From an uncultured Alphaproteobacteria bacterium (GTDB taxonomy: Bacteria > Pseudomonadota > Alphaproteobacteria > RF32 > CAG-239): a stretch of 64,000 nucleotides of DNA. The translations under genes and the position numbers were made by a program. A model generated the notes under the pieces. The model saw nothing but the letters and a program-made list of their open reading frames with translations. It did no database searches and was not told the origin of the DNA. Location of the stretch: the NCBI GenBank assembly GCA_944391685.1, contig CALXUM010000007.1, positions 14,989-78,988 on the forward strand, in the 5' to 3' direction. This document shows, piece after piece, positions 41,386-50,849 of the stretch (positions are counted from its first letter, which is position 1; the number at the start of each line of letters is the position of its first letter).

Positions 41386-42882
41386 ATGCTTAAACTTAAA
41401 CATTTTGCAGTAAGTTCTTTTAATGAAAACTTAGCCTATATACATAAAGACTGCACAGCATATCACATTGATAACGTTATGACATTAACCAAAGTTGAAA
41501 TTCATGGCGGAGTAAAACCGGTATATGCTTTTTTACAGATTGTTAGCGATTCGTCATTGTTAAAACCAGATGAACTAGGTCTTAATACAGAAGCTTTTAA
41601 ACAGATAAATTTACCTGAAGGTGCAAACATTTCCATATCCATAGCTCCTCAAGCTCCAAGCTTGATATCAGTAAAAAGAAAAATTGCCGGCAATATTTTA
41701 ACTTCTTCAGAATATGATGCCATAATAGGAGACATAAGCGCCAGACGCTATTCAAACATGGACATAACGTCGTTTTTGGTAGCCTCTGGATCTTTCATGA
41801 CCACATCTGAGGTTTTGGCGTTAACCGAGGCGATGGTTGGAGAAGATGTTATAAGATGGGATAATGAGGAAATAGTTGTTGATCATCATTGTTTTGGGGG
41901 TGTTCCAGGAAATAAAACAGATATAATCATTACAGCTATAGTTGCGGCTTATGGTTTGCCGATGCCCAAGACGGCCTCCCGTTCTCTGACTTCTTGTGCT
42001 GGTGTTGCCGATACTTTTTCTGTATTGGCTAACGTTGATATTGATGAAACCAAGCTCAAAAAACTTATAAAAGAAAATCGTGGTGCCATAGTTGATTATA
42101 ATTCTCTACCGATAGCCACAGCCAATAAAATTATCTCTGAAGTTGAAAGAAGTATAGGCCTAACACAATTACAGCATTTGGCCGCCTCAATTTTAGCAAT
42201 TAAACTTGCTGCCGGGATCACTCATTTGGTTATAGATATTCCGGCAGGCCCCAGTGCACGTGTAAAAACCACTACCGAGGCAATGAGAATTAGAAAACTT
42301 CTGGAATATATAGGAGATATGCTCTCACTAGGAGTTGATGTTCATATTACAGATGGCAGGGAACCTATTGGTAATGGTATCGGAGCAGTATTGGAGGCAC
42401 GAGATGTTATGAAAGTTCTTCGCAATAAAGAAGATGCTCCTGAAGACTTAAGAGAAAAATCTCTATATTTGGCAGGCCATATTCTAGAATTTGATCCGCA
42501 ATTACGAGGAGGACAGGGTTATTTTGCCGCTCGTGAAATATTAAATTCAGGCAGGGCTCTGGAGGCCATGAATAAGATAATTTATGCCCAAGGTAAAGCT
42601 CCTCAACCGCAACTGGGTAATTTAACCAGAGATATTGTCGCAACCCAAAGCGGTGTTGTTGAAAGCATTAACAACGAAAGAATTAACAAAATAGGTGTCC
42701 TTGCCGGAGCTTCACAATACCCGGGAGCCGGTCTGGATTTATTTAAAAAAGTCGGTGACAAAGTAGAACAAGGAGAAACCTTATATAGGATTTATTCTGT
42801 TAACTCAACAGACTTTGCTTTTGCCAATTCAGTGGTAGATGGCAATACCGGCTATGAAATAAGTAGTAAGGGAAGCTTTTAG
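41386..42882 (+). CDS. Thymidine phosphorylase family protein (about 500-aa pyrimidine-nucleoside/AMP phosphorylase-like)
   Basis: HHCFGGVPGNKTDIIITAIVAAYGLPMPKTASRSLTSCAGVADT resembles the glycosyltransferase family 3 / phosphate-binding region of thymidine phosphorylase. Confidence 0.6.
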   Translation: MLKLKHFAVSSFNENLAYIHKDCTAYHIDNVMTLTKVEIHGGVKPVYAFLQIVSDSSLLKPDELGLNTEAFKQINLPEGANISISIAPQAPSLISVKRKIAGNILTSSEYDAIIGDISARRYSNMDITSFLVASGSFMTTSEVLALTEAMVGEDVIRWDNEEIVVDHHCFGGVPGNKTDIIITAIVAAYGLPMPKTASRSLTSCAGVADTFSVLANVDIDETKLKKLIKENRGAIVDYNSLPIATANKIISEVERSIGLTQLQHLAASILAIKLAAGITHLVIDIPAGPSARVKTTTEAMRIRKLLEYIGDMLSLGVDVHITDGREPIGNGIGAVLEARDVMKVLRNKEDAPEDLREKSLYLAGHILEFDPQLRGGQGYFAAREILNSGRALEAMNKIIYAQGKAPQPQLGNLTRDIVATQSGVVESINNERINKIGVLAGASQYPGAGLDLFKKVGDKVEQGETLYRIYSVNSTDFAFANSVVDGNTGYEISSKGSF

Positions 42883-42903
42883 TTTTAGACTTTGGGGCGT
42901 AAA

Positions 42904-43797
42904 ATGAAAAGAATTCGCATAGCCATTATCGGTTGTAAAAATATGGGACAAAAGCATTTACGCTGCCTTCAAGAAAACTTTGCCGATGAAGTAAAAATTG
43001 CAGGTATTCTCAACTCAACACTTAAATCATCAGCTGAAAGCAGTAAAAAGTTAGGAGTTCCGTATTTTGAAAAACTAACAGATATCAACCGTCGCAGAGT
43101 TGATGCTGCCATTATTTCCACTCCTGCAGAAAACCATTATGAAATTGCTAAGGCTCTGATTAATAGGAAGATTCCTTTGTTAATAGAAAAACCCTTAGCC
43201 TCAACAGAAGAAGAGTGTTATGAGTTACGTGCATTAGCAAAAGAAAAACAAGTTCCGATACTTGTAGGGCATACTGAAAATTATAATCCGGCAGTAATCA
43301 AGCTAAAAGAAGAATTATCTGCTCCCATAAGAACAATTTCAGCTTATCGTTCGTCAAATAATCCCGGTATCAAACAAACCCATATTATTTCAGAATTGAT
43401 GATTCATGATATAGCAATTTTAAATTCATTAAATGGGGCTGATATCAAGAAACTTTCTGTAACCAAAGATGATAAATGTCGTTGGGATGAACATGCCGTT
43501 GTTGAAATGTTTTTATCCGACAACAGTGCCGTCAGGTTTGAAGCTTTAAGGGCAGATTGTCTGGTAGAACGCAGGATGAGGATTATTGATAAAGATAATC
43601 ACATTTATCAAATAGATTTTTTGGATCGCCGTCTAATTAAAGATGGAGAAATATTATGTGAGGGAGGCAATTCTCTTCTTGCTGAACAACAAGACTTTAT
43701 TTCAATGGTTCGCGATGGAACAACTCCGCTATCAGGAATTGATGAAGGAGTAGAAAATGTTGAAATCTGCCGTTATTTGGAATCTTTTTCTAAATAA
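42904..43797 (+). CDS. Gfo/Idh/MocA family oxidoreductase
   Basis: Rossmann N-terminus IRIAIIGCKNMGQKH and EKPLA motif. The start is taken at MKRIRIA. Confidence 0.65.
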   Translation: MKRIRIAIIGCKNMGQKHLRCLQENFADEVKIAGILNSTLKSSAESSKKLGVPYFEKLTDINRRRVDAAIISTPAENHYEIAKALINRKIPLLIEKPLASTEEECYELRALAKEKQVPILVGHTENYNPAVIKLKEELSAPIRTISAYRSSNNPGIKQTHIISELMIHDIAILNSLNGADIKKLSVTKDDKCRWDEHAVVEMFLSDNSAVRFEALRADCLVERRMRIIDKDNHIYQIDFLDRRLIKDGEILCEGGNSLLAEQQDFISMVRDGTTPLSGIDEGVENVEICRYLESFSK

Positions 43798-43839
43798 AAA
43801 CAAAAAAAATCAAAAAAATTCAAAAAAAATTTGCCAAGA

Positions 43840-43870
43840 CTTGCATCAGGGATTTTTCGTTCCTATATAA
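43840..43870 (+). promoter_or_regulatory. Putative sigma-32 (RpoH) heat-shock promoter for dnaK
   Basis: CTTG-N18-CCTATAT matches the alphaproteobacterial RpoH consensus CTTG-N17-18-CYTATNT. It lies about 55 nt upstream of the dnaK ATG. Confidence 0.45.
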
Positions 43871-43925
43871 GCAATTAGCAAGATATGTTTTTTAAGAGTG
43901 TTTTTTATAACAAAGGAAGAAGATT

Positions 43926-45842
43926 ATGAGTAATAAAGTATTAGGTATTGACCTCGGTACAACAAACTCCTGCTTTGCCATTATGGAAGGCGGAGAAGCC
44001 AAAGTATTGGAAAACAGTGAAGGTGCCAGAACAACTCCGTCCATGGTAGCCTTTACTGATACAGAGCGTTTGGTAGGATTTCCGGCTAAACGTCAGGCTG
44101 TTACCAATCCAGAAAATACATTGTTTGCCATTAAACGTTTAATTGGTCGTCGTTTTGATTCTCCTGAGGTAGCCAAAGATAAAAGCTTGGTTCCATTCAA
44201 GATTATTGAGGGCGACAACGGAGATGCTTGGGTTGAGGTTAGGGGACAAAAATATGCTCCTTCACAAATTTCAGCCATTGTTTTGCAAAAAATTAAAGAA
44301 TATGCAGAAAGCTATTTAGGCGAAAAAATTGAAAAAGCGGTAATTACGGTTCCTGCGTATTTTAACGATTCTCAACGTCAGGCAACTAAAGATGCCGGTA
44401 AAATTGCTGGACTTGATGTATTGCGTATCATCAACGAGCCGACAGCTGCTGCTCTTGCTTATGGTATGGATAAAAAAGCCAACGGAACGATAGCTGTGTA
44501 TGACCTTGGTGGTGGTACATTTGATATATCTATTTTGGAAATCGGAGACGGCGTTTTTGAAGTAAAATCAACCAATGGTGATACTTTCTTAGGCGGTGAG
44601 GATTTTGACCAGCGTATTGTTACATACTTGACAGACGAATTCAAAAAAGAAAGCGGAATTGATTTAAAGAATGATCGTCTGGCTTTGCAGCGTTTGAAAG
44701 AAGCTGCTGAAAAAGCTAAGATTGAATTATCTTCAACAACCCAAACAGAGGTTAACCTGCCGTTTATTACAGCAGATCAGACCGGACCTAAACACTTAAA
44801 TATTAAATTAACTCGTGCAAAATTAGAGTCCTTGGTTGAAGATTTGATTGATAAAACGGTAGAACCTTGCAAAAAGGCAATGGCAGATGCTGGTGTAACG
44901 CCGTCAGATATCAGTGAAGTTATCTTGGTCGGTGGTATGACTCGTATGCCTAAGGTACAAGAAAAAGTAAAAGAGATCTTTGGCAAAGAACCCCATAAAG
45001 GTGTAAACCCGGATGAAGTAGTTGCCGTCGGTGCAGCAATTCAAGGCGGTGTTTTAATGGGTGATGTAAAAGATGTATTGCTTTTGGATGTTACTCCGTT
45101 GTCCTTAGGTATTGAGACTTTGGGTGGTGTGTTCACTCGTTTGATTGATAGAAACACCACTATTCCTACCCGTAAATCTCAAGTTTTCTCAACTGCAGAA
45201 GACGGACAAACCGCTGTTACAATTCGTGTATTCCAAGGTGAACGTGAGATGGCTGCCGATAACAAATTGCTTGGCCAATTTGACTTGGTAGGTATTCCGC
45301 CTGCACCACGTGGTATGCCGCAAATTGAGGTTACTTTTGATATTGATGCTAACGGTATTGTAAACGTTTCGGCTAAAGATAAAGCCACCAACAAAGAGCA
45401 GGCTATTCGTATTCAAGCCAGCGGTGGTTTGTCAGATGCCGATATTGAAAAGATGGTAAAAGATGCTGAAGCCAATGCTGAAGCCGACAAGAAGAAAAAA
45501 GAGCTTGTTGAAGCCAAAAACCAAGGTGAATCTTTGGTACACTCAACAGAAAAGACTCTAAAGGAACATGGTGACAAGATTTCATCAGCTGAAAAAGAAG
45601 CTATTGAAAATGAAATCAAAGCCTTAAAAACAGCTTTAGAGGCTGATGATTTGAGCGTTATTAAGGAAAAGACCGAAAGCTTAATGCAAGCCTCAATGAA
45701 ACTTGGTGAAGCTATGTATAAGTCTCAACAGGCAGATGCATCTGCGGCCGGAGCTCAAGCCGGAGCTGATACAGGAGCATCATCTTCAGGTCAAAACGGC
45801 GATGAAAAAGTTGTCGATGCAGATTTTGAAGAAGTTAAATAA
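43926..45842 (+). CDS. dnaK: Chaperone protein DnaK (Hsp70)
   Basis: Classic Hsp70 motifs IDLGTTNS and DLGGGTFD, and a C-terminal DADFEEVK. Confidence 0.97.
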   Translation: MSNKVLGIDLGTTNSCFAIMEGGEAKVLENSEGARTTPSMVAFTDTERLVGFPAKRQAVTNPENTLFAIKRLIGRRFDSPEVAKDKSLVPFKIIEGDNGDAWVEVRGQKYAPSQISAIVLQKIKEYAESYLGEKIEKAVITVPAYFNDSQRQATKDAGKIAGLDVLRIINEPTAAALAYGMDKKANGTIAVYDLGGGTFDISILEIGDGVFEVKSTNGDTFLGGEDFDQRIVTYLTDEFKKESGIDLKNDRLALQRLKEAAEKAKIELSSTTQTEVNLPFITADQTGPKHLNIKLTRAKLESLVEDLIDKTVEPCKKAMADAGVTPSDISEVILVGGMTRMPKVQEKVKEIFGKEPHKGVNPDEVVAVGAAIQGGVLMGDVKDVLLLDVTPLSLGIETLGGVFTRLIDRNTTIPTRKSQVFSTAEDGQTAVTIRVFQGEREMAADNKLLGQFDLVGIPPAPRGMPQIEVTFDIDANGIVNVSAKDKATNKEQAIRIQASGGLSDADIEKMVKDAEANAEADKKKKELVEAKNQGESLVHSTEKTLKEHGDKISSAEKEAIENEIKALKTALEADDLSVIKEKTESLMQASMKLGEAMYKSQQADASAAGAQAGADTGASSSGQNGDEKVVDADFEEVK

Positions 45843-45860
45843 TCTGTTATAGTTAAAAAT

Positions 45861-45895
45861 AAAGCCCCGTTATAAAAAGCGGGGCTTTATTTTAC
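45861..45895 (+). terminator. Hairpin/attenuator between dnaK and dnaJ
   Basis: AGCCCCGttataaaaagCGGGGCT followed by TTATTTT. Confidence 0.55.
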
Positions 45896-45977
45896 CAAAA
45901 AATTAGCAAATTACTTGCTTTTTAAAACAAAAAAAACTAAATACAAAGTAAGTTCAAATAATAAAAGCATAAATAAA

Positions 45978-47120
45978 ATGACAGAGAAAGACTATTACGA
46001 AATATTGGAAGTTTCCAAAACAGCCAGCGGCTATGAAATAAAAAAATCTTTTCATCGTTTGGCCATGCAATATCATCCAGACCGTAACCCTGGAAACAAA
46101 GAAGCTGAAACCAAATTTAAAGAAATTAATGAGGCCTATGAAGTCTTAAAAGACGACCAAAAACGAGCAGCCTATGATCGCTATGGACACCAGGCTTTTG
46201 CTAATGGAGGCATGGGCGGAGGCAATCCGTTTGGCGGATTTGAATTTAATTTTGGTACAGGTGGCTTTTCTGATATCTTTTCTGATATTTTCTCAGAGTT
46301 TATGGGGGGAGGACGAGGTAGCAACCGTACTTACGCACGTCCGGGATCTGATGTCCGTTATAATATGGAAATAACTCTTGAAGAAGCTTTTTCAGGAGTA
46401 GAAAAAGAAATAAAAATACCTTCAAGCAAAACTTGTGAAACCTGCCACGGACACGGCACTAAAGATGGTAAAGAGGCTCCTATATGTCCACACTGCAATG
46501 GAAGCGGCAAGGTTAGATTACAAAAAAGTTTTTTGGTTGTTGAACAAGCTTGTCCTCATTGTCAAGGCAGCGGTAGAATGGTTAAAGATGCTTGTCCTGA
46601 TTGTAAAGGGGCAGGAGCCATTCGTGAAGAAAAGACAATAAAAGTTAAGATTCCGGCAGGTATAGAAGATAACACTCAAATGCGTGTTCCAGGCGGAGGA
46701 GAAGCTGGAACCAGAGGCGGTAAAGATGGAGACTTGTACATTTTTATCAGCATAAAAGAACATAAATTATATAGCCGAGACGGAGCCAATCTTTATACTC
46801 AGATTCCGATATCAATGTGTTGTGCCGCATTGGGAGGAAAAATTGAAATTCCTTCAATTGACGGAGAAAAAATAGAATTAAACATAACACCTGGCTCCCA
46901 AAATGAGCAAGTTGTAAGGGTCAAATCGCAAGGAATGACCATGATGCGATCTAAGGGCAGAGGCGATTTATTTGTAAAATTAAGAGTGGAAACCCCGGTT
47001 AACCTTTCTGCAAGACAAAAAGAGCTGTTGGAAGAATTTAGATCCATCAGCCAGGATAATTCTTGTCAACCGGAGGCTAAAGGTTTCTTTGATAAAATAA
47101 AAGATTTGTTTGTTGCTTAG
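45978..47120 (+). CDS. dnaJ: Chaperone protein DnaJ
   Basis: J domain DYYEILEV...YHPDRN, a G/F region and four CxxCxGxG zinc-finger repeats. The start is taken at MTEKDYY. The ORF track adds 21 residues upstream. Confidence 0.93.
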   Translation: MTEKDYYEILEVSKTASGYEIKKSFHRLAMQYHPDRNPGNKEAETKFKEINEAYEVLKDDQKRAAYDRYGHQAFANGGMGGGNPFGGFEFNFGTGGFSDIFSDIFSEFMGGGRGSNRTYARPGSDVRYNMEITLEEAFSGVEKEIKIPSSKTCETCHGHGTKDGKEAPICPHCNGSGKVRLQKSFLVVEQACPHCQGSGRMVKDACPDCKGAGAIREEKTIKVKIPAGIEDNTQMRVPGGGEAGTRGGKDGDLYIFISIKEHKLYSRDGANLYTQIPISMCCAALGGKIEIPSIDGEKIELNITPGSQNEQVVRVKSQGMTMMRSKGRGDLFVKLRVETPVNLSARQKELLEEFRSISQDNSCQPEAKGFFDKIKDLFVA

Positions 47121-47213
47121 AGCCAAAATCTACACAAGATATAAAAATATTTATTGCCAATAATAGATTGCTGCAATAACTTTATTTTATATTAATCATA
47201 AAGGAATTTTTCT

Positions 47214-47987
47214 ATGACTGAAACTGCCAATATTGTTTGCATGAAATGGGGTAATTATTTTGGTCCTGAATATGTAAATGTTCTTTACCGCAATGTTTCT
47301 AAACATATCAATCGTCCATTTAGGTTTATCTGCTATACCGATGATAAAAGAGGCCTCGATAAAGGTATTATAGCTTACGATTTGCCCGAGTTTAAAAGTA
47401 TAGCCAAATCTAACGGAGCTCCATACCCAAAACAAACATTATTTCGCTCGGATTTGGAAGGTTTTAAAGAAGGAGATAAATTCTTATTTATGGATTTAGA
47501 TGTCGCTGTTGTTGACGATATAGATTGTTTTTTTGATTATATGCCCGAAGAGGATTTTATTATTATAAAAGATTGGCGTAAAGGTGATAAAAATGTTGGT
47601 AATTCTTCTGTATTCAGAGCTAAGGTTGGTCCGTTGAATTATGTTTATGAATATATGGAAGAAAATTTAGAAGATATCATCAAAAAATATGGCACATCTT
47701 CCCAACAATATTTATCGGCAAAAATTTGTGAAAAGTATGGTAAACCTACTTGGTGGCCAGCAGAGTGGACATGTAGCTTTCCTATTCAATGCATGCCCAA
47801 TAAATATTTGAGATGGTTGCTTATGCCAAAACGCCCGCCTAAAGGGACCAAACTTTTGGTCTTTCACGGACAAGTTCATCCCAAAGAAGCTGTTGAAGGA
47901 AGATGGCCCAGAAAAGAACCGTGGTATAAAAAATGGTACAAAACCGTTCGAAAGACGCCATGGGTGGAAGAATACTGGCACGAATGA
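47214..47987 (+). CDS. Putative glycosyltransferase-like protein (DXD motif)
   Basis: IVCMKWGNYFGPEYVNVLYRNV...FMDLDVAVVDD carries a DXD motif. No membrane segments. The family is not recognised with confidence. Confidence 0.35.
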   Translation: MTETANIVCMKWGNYFGPEYVNVLYRNVSKHINRPFRFICYTDDKRGLDKGIIAYDLPEFKSIAKSNGAPYPKQTLFRSDLEGFKEGDKFLFMDLDVAVVDDIDCFFDYMPEEDFIIIKDWRKGDKNVGNSSVFRAKVGPLNYVYEYMEENLEDIIKKYGTSSQQYLSAKICEKYGKPTWWPAEWTCSFPIQCMPNKYLRWLLMPKRPPKGTKLLVFHGQVHPKEAVEGRWPRKEPWYKKWYKTVRKTPWVEEYWHE

Positions 47988-48070
47988 TCATTTTATAAAC
48001 AGGTTTTGGTTGATTGTTTTTAGCTATTATGTATAATGGTAGAAACAGTCATCAAATTGGTTTGTAAAAA

Positions 48071-48484
48071 ATGAAAGATAAAGACAGTAAAAAAACAGAT
48101 TTTCAAGAAAAAAACTTAAGAAAAGCAAATGACATAGACTTCTTTGTCGGTCAAAGGATACTCATGCGTAGAAATTTGCTAGGATGGGATCAAAAAAAAC
48201 TTGCCGATAAACTTGGAATATCTTTCCAACAACTCCAGAAATATGAACAAGGGAAAAATCGAATTAGTGCCAGTCGCTTGTGGGATATTAGTAGAGCTTT
48301 AGGTGTGCCGATAGATTTTTTCTTTTATGATGTTGAAGAAAGTTCTAAAGAGAAAATCCTATATAAAAAAGAGACAATAACTCTTGTCAGTAGTTTTTAC
48401 AAAATTCCCAATCGAGACATTGCCAGTCATATTTTTACGGTTGCAAAGGATTTAGCCAAATTTAAATCTTTTAAAAAATCATAA
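48071..48484 (+). CDS. XRE-family helix-turn-helix transcriptional regulator
   Basis: HTH segment LGWDQKKLADKLGISFQQLQKYEQGKNRISASRLWDISRALGV. Confidence 0.7.
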   Translation: MKDKDSKKTDFQEKNLRKANDIDFFVGQRILMRRNLLGWDQKKLADKLGISFQQLQKYEQGKNRISASRLWDISRALGVPIDFFFYDVEESSKEKILYKKETITLVSSFYKIPNRDIASHIFTVAKDLAKFKSFKKS

Positions 48485-48490
48485 TATTTT

Positions 48491-48580
48491 CAGAACGAAC
48501 CTTGGTTCGAATACCGCCGTGGAGCAAAAAAAATCCGCCAAAAATCAGGCGGTTTTGATAAAGATGGCGCACTCGGCGGG
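48491..48580. repeat. 90-bp perfect direct repeat, copy 1 (distal; includes a copy of the tRNA 3' end)
   Basis: Identical to 48730-48819. It contains CCGCCaaaaatcaGGCGGtttt and CGAACCttGGTTCG hairpins. Confidence 0.85.
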
Positions 48581-48589
48581 CTTGAGTAT

Positions 48590-48620
48590 AAAAAACAACC
48601 GTTGCTCCGGTTGTTTTTTG
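48590..48620. terminator. Bidirectional terminator-like hairpin in the spacer between repeat copies
   Basis: aaaaaACAACCGttgctcCGGTTGTtttttt. Confidence 0.5.
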
Positions 48621-48729
48621 CCGAAAGGCGAAATTTTGTTAGATTATCAAGCTTTTGTAAAAAAGGTTGATAAAAGTTACAAAAGGAGAGACCGCAGCGA
48701 GTTAGTGTTTTTATAAAACACTTATGAGC

Positions 48730-48819
48730 CAGAACGAACCTTGGTTCGAATACCGCCGTGGAGCAAAAAAAATCCGCCAAAAATCAGGCGGTTTTGATAA
48801 AGATGGCGCACTCGGCGGG
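48730..48819. repeat. 90-bp perfect direct repeat, copy 2 (overlaps the last 16 nt of the tRNA)
   Basis: Same sequence as 48491-48580. On the tRNA strand it reads: tRNA 3' end, then a CCGCC/GGCGG terminator with T8, then about 40 more nt. Confidence 0.85.
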
Positions 48820-48879
48820 ATTCGAACTCACAACCTTCTGATCCGTAGTCAGATGCTCTATCCAATTGAGCTACGAGTG
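48804..48879 (-). tRNA. tRNA-Arg(ACG)-like gene with structural defects (possible pseudogene)
   Basis: Minus-strand sequence: GCACTCG-TA-GCTC-AATTGGATA-GAGC-A-TCTGA-CTACGGA-(T missing)CAGA-AGGTT-GTGAG-TTCGAAT-CCCGC-CGAGTGC-G-CCA. The acceptor and D arms are perfect. The anticodon loop is CTACGGA (ACG). The 3' anticodon-stem strand is 1 nt short compared with a perfect TCTGA/TCAGA pairing. The T-stem GTGAG/CCCGC has one U.G and one A.C pair. CCA is encoded. Confidence 0.55.
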
Positions 48880-49109
48880 CATCACTAAAAAGACGTATAG
48901 CCTTATTACAGCTTTTAAATTTTATTTGCAAGAAAAAATTTAAAATAATTTAAAAGAATTTTAAGCTATTTTATAATAAATTGAAAACGAACATAAAAAT
49001 ATAGACGTATAATCGTAACTTCAGGCTTGTTTTTTATAAAAATTCCTTTACAAAAAAACATAAAGGTGTAAAAAACAATTGTATGTATTTTTTTTAAGGT
49101 GTTTTATTC

Positions 49110-50195
49110 ATGACCAAAATAACAGTAAAAATGTTTTTATCCAGCTTGGCAATTTTTGCTGCCAGTGGATGCACGTATTCTTCAGATGCTTTATTCCCTT
49201 CTTTATTTGGCACAGATGCACAAGAAGATATGGCCGTTCAGGAAAATGTTCCTGAAGGAGCTGTTCCCGCTTTAGGTTCTACCAATTTTGAACCGGTGGA
49301 AATCAAAGAAGGTAGTGCAACCGGAACTTTGGTTGGTCAAAAAGTTGTTACTTTCAGAAATGAATTGTCACAATTGCAAACATCAATCAGCAATAATAAC
49401 ACACAATTACAACAGATTAGAGCATCTGTAATTAACAATGCATTGCAGTATCATAAAGTTATTGGAATGATTGAAGCTAAGTTGCAAGTAGGTACGACAC
49501 CTGGCAACCCTCAAATGTTTGGCATGCTGCAAAATGCTCAAAACAATATTCAAGTCATGAATGCAAACGCCAATACATTAAGCCAATTGGCCGCTAAAGT
49601 ATCTTCAGATGCTGCCAATACAGATTATTTGGTGGATTCTATTCGTGCTGCTTATGCTATTTCTGGTGCAGTTGATGAAGATCACCGCCAATTACGCATT
49701 TTGGAAAATGAAGCAAACCAAACATCAATTTTGATGAATAGTTTGTTGGGCGAAATCAATAGTGATATTTTACGTCAACAACAATATATTGAAACAGCTA
49801 AAGAAAATATTGTTGGCTTAAGCGAAGCTATTAAAACAGGTAGTTATGGTGTTAACAACGTTCCCTTGGTAGGAGTTGATAGCCAATCAAGATTTGGTAT
49901 GCAAACAGGAGTATCTGGAAAACCATTGTTTGTTGCCAAATTCAACAAACCTGGAGTTAACTATAAAGAAGGTTTAAGGCAGGCTGTCAGCAGTGCCGTT
50001 TCTAAAAAGCCGGGAGTGATTTTTGACGTTGTAGCGGTAAGCTCAGCAAAAGGAAGTCCGGCAATTGCAAAAAATAATGCTACTCAAATCTTTCAAGAAA
50101 TGATTGATATGGGAGTTGGAGCAGACAAGATAAATCTTTCTGCCCGTACCAGTGGCAGTGTTGAAACTTCAGAAGTTCAAATCTTTGTAAGATAA
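49110..50195 (+). CDS. Hypothetical lipoprotein
   Basis: Lipobox LAIFAASGC, followed by a Gln/Asn-rich helical region. Confidence 0.45.
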   Translation: MTKITVKMFLSSLAIFAASGCTYSSDALFPSLFGTDAQEDMAVQENVPEGAVPALGSTNFEPVEIKEGSATGTLVGQKVVTFRNELSQLQTSISNNNTQLQQIRASVINNALQYHKVIGMIEAKLQVGTTPGNPQMFGMLQNAQNNIQVMNANANTLSQLAAKVSSDAANTDYLVDSIRAAYAISGAVDEDHRQLRILENEANQTSILMNSLLGEINSDILRQQQYIETAKENIVGLSEAIKTGSYGVNNVPLVGVDSQSRFGMQTGVSGKPLFVAKFNKPGVNYKEGLRQAVSSAVSKKPGVIFDVVAVSSAKGSPAIAKNNATQIFQEMIDMGVGADKINLSARTSGSVETSEVQIFVR

Positions 50196-50208
50196 TGATT
50201 TATAAAAA

Positions 50209-50246
50209 ATAAAAGGTCCGCTTTTAACAAAGCGGACCTTTTTTAG
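50209..50246. terminator. Strong bidirectional rho-independent terminator
   Basis: aaaAGGTCCGCTTTtaacAAAGCGGACCTtttttt between convergent genes. Confidence 0.7.
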
Positions 50247-50250
50247 CATA

Positions 50251-50694
50251 TTAATTAAGAGAGGGGTCTCTTCTGCATCGTTCTTTGCAAAGCAAAGAAA
50301 AAAGCTCATCTGCGACTTTTTCGTCATTAATATACTTATAAAAATTGCTTATTGTAAACAAATCATCATCACTGAAAACACCCCAATCTTTAAAAGAGCA
50401 AATTATTTTTGCCGTATTTTCTGCTCCGAAAATTGGTGCGATTCTTTCTATCAATTCAGCTATGCTTGATGCTTTTATCTCAACAAAATTATTATCTCTA
50501 TTAGATAATATTTTCTTTACTTCTTTTTGCAATCCTTTCCAAAATTTTTCATCCTCTTTAGGTAATAGTTTATAGGCAAGAAATTCTTTGCAGGCAAAGC
50601 TAATCTCTTCTAACAATAATGAATCAGCAAGATTCAAGTCCAAAAGACTCAAAGCTTTTTTAAGCTCATTATAACATTCTTTTGATGTTTTCAT
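50251..50694 (-). CDS. Hypothetical protein
   Basis: 147-aa ORF with no recognisable motifs. Confidence 0.3.
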   Translation of the reverse strand: MKTSKECYNELKKALSLLDLNLADSLLLEEISFACKEFLAYKLLPKEDEKFWKGLQKEVKKILSNRDNNFVEIKASSIAELIERIAPIFGAENTAKIICSFKDWGVFSDDDLFTISNFYKYINDEKVADELFSLLCKERCRRDPSLN

Positions 50695-50849
50695 AATTAT
50701 AACATTTTACATAAGTTTGACATAAAAATTTATTTATAAACTATTTTATATTATATAAAAGGAGTTTATTCAACACTTATTTGTCAATATTGGTCAAAAA
50801 ACTCCCGTTTGAAAAAACGGGAGTTTTTTAAAGCTTAAGCTATGATCCT

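Noticed and set aside
43870-43925. CIRCE (HrcA) operator upstream of dnaK
   Set aside because: Only a poor partial match (TTAGCAAGA...AGAGTG) is present. It is not a credible 9-N9-9 inverted repeat.
48490-48931. Minus-strand ORFs 48490-48780 (96 aa) and 48722-48931 (69 aa)
   Set aside because: They run through the tRNA-Arg-like gene, both 90-bp repeat copies and two terminator hairpins. They are repeat-generated artefacts.
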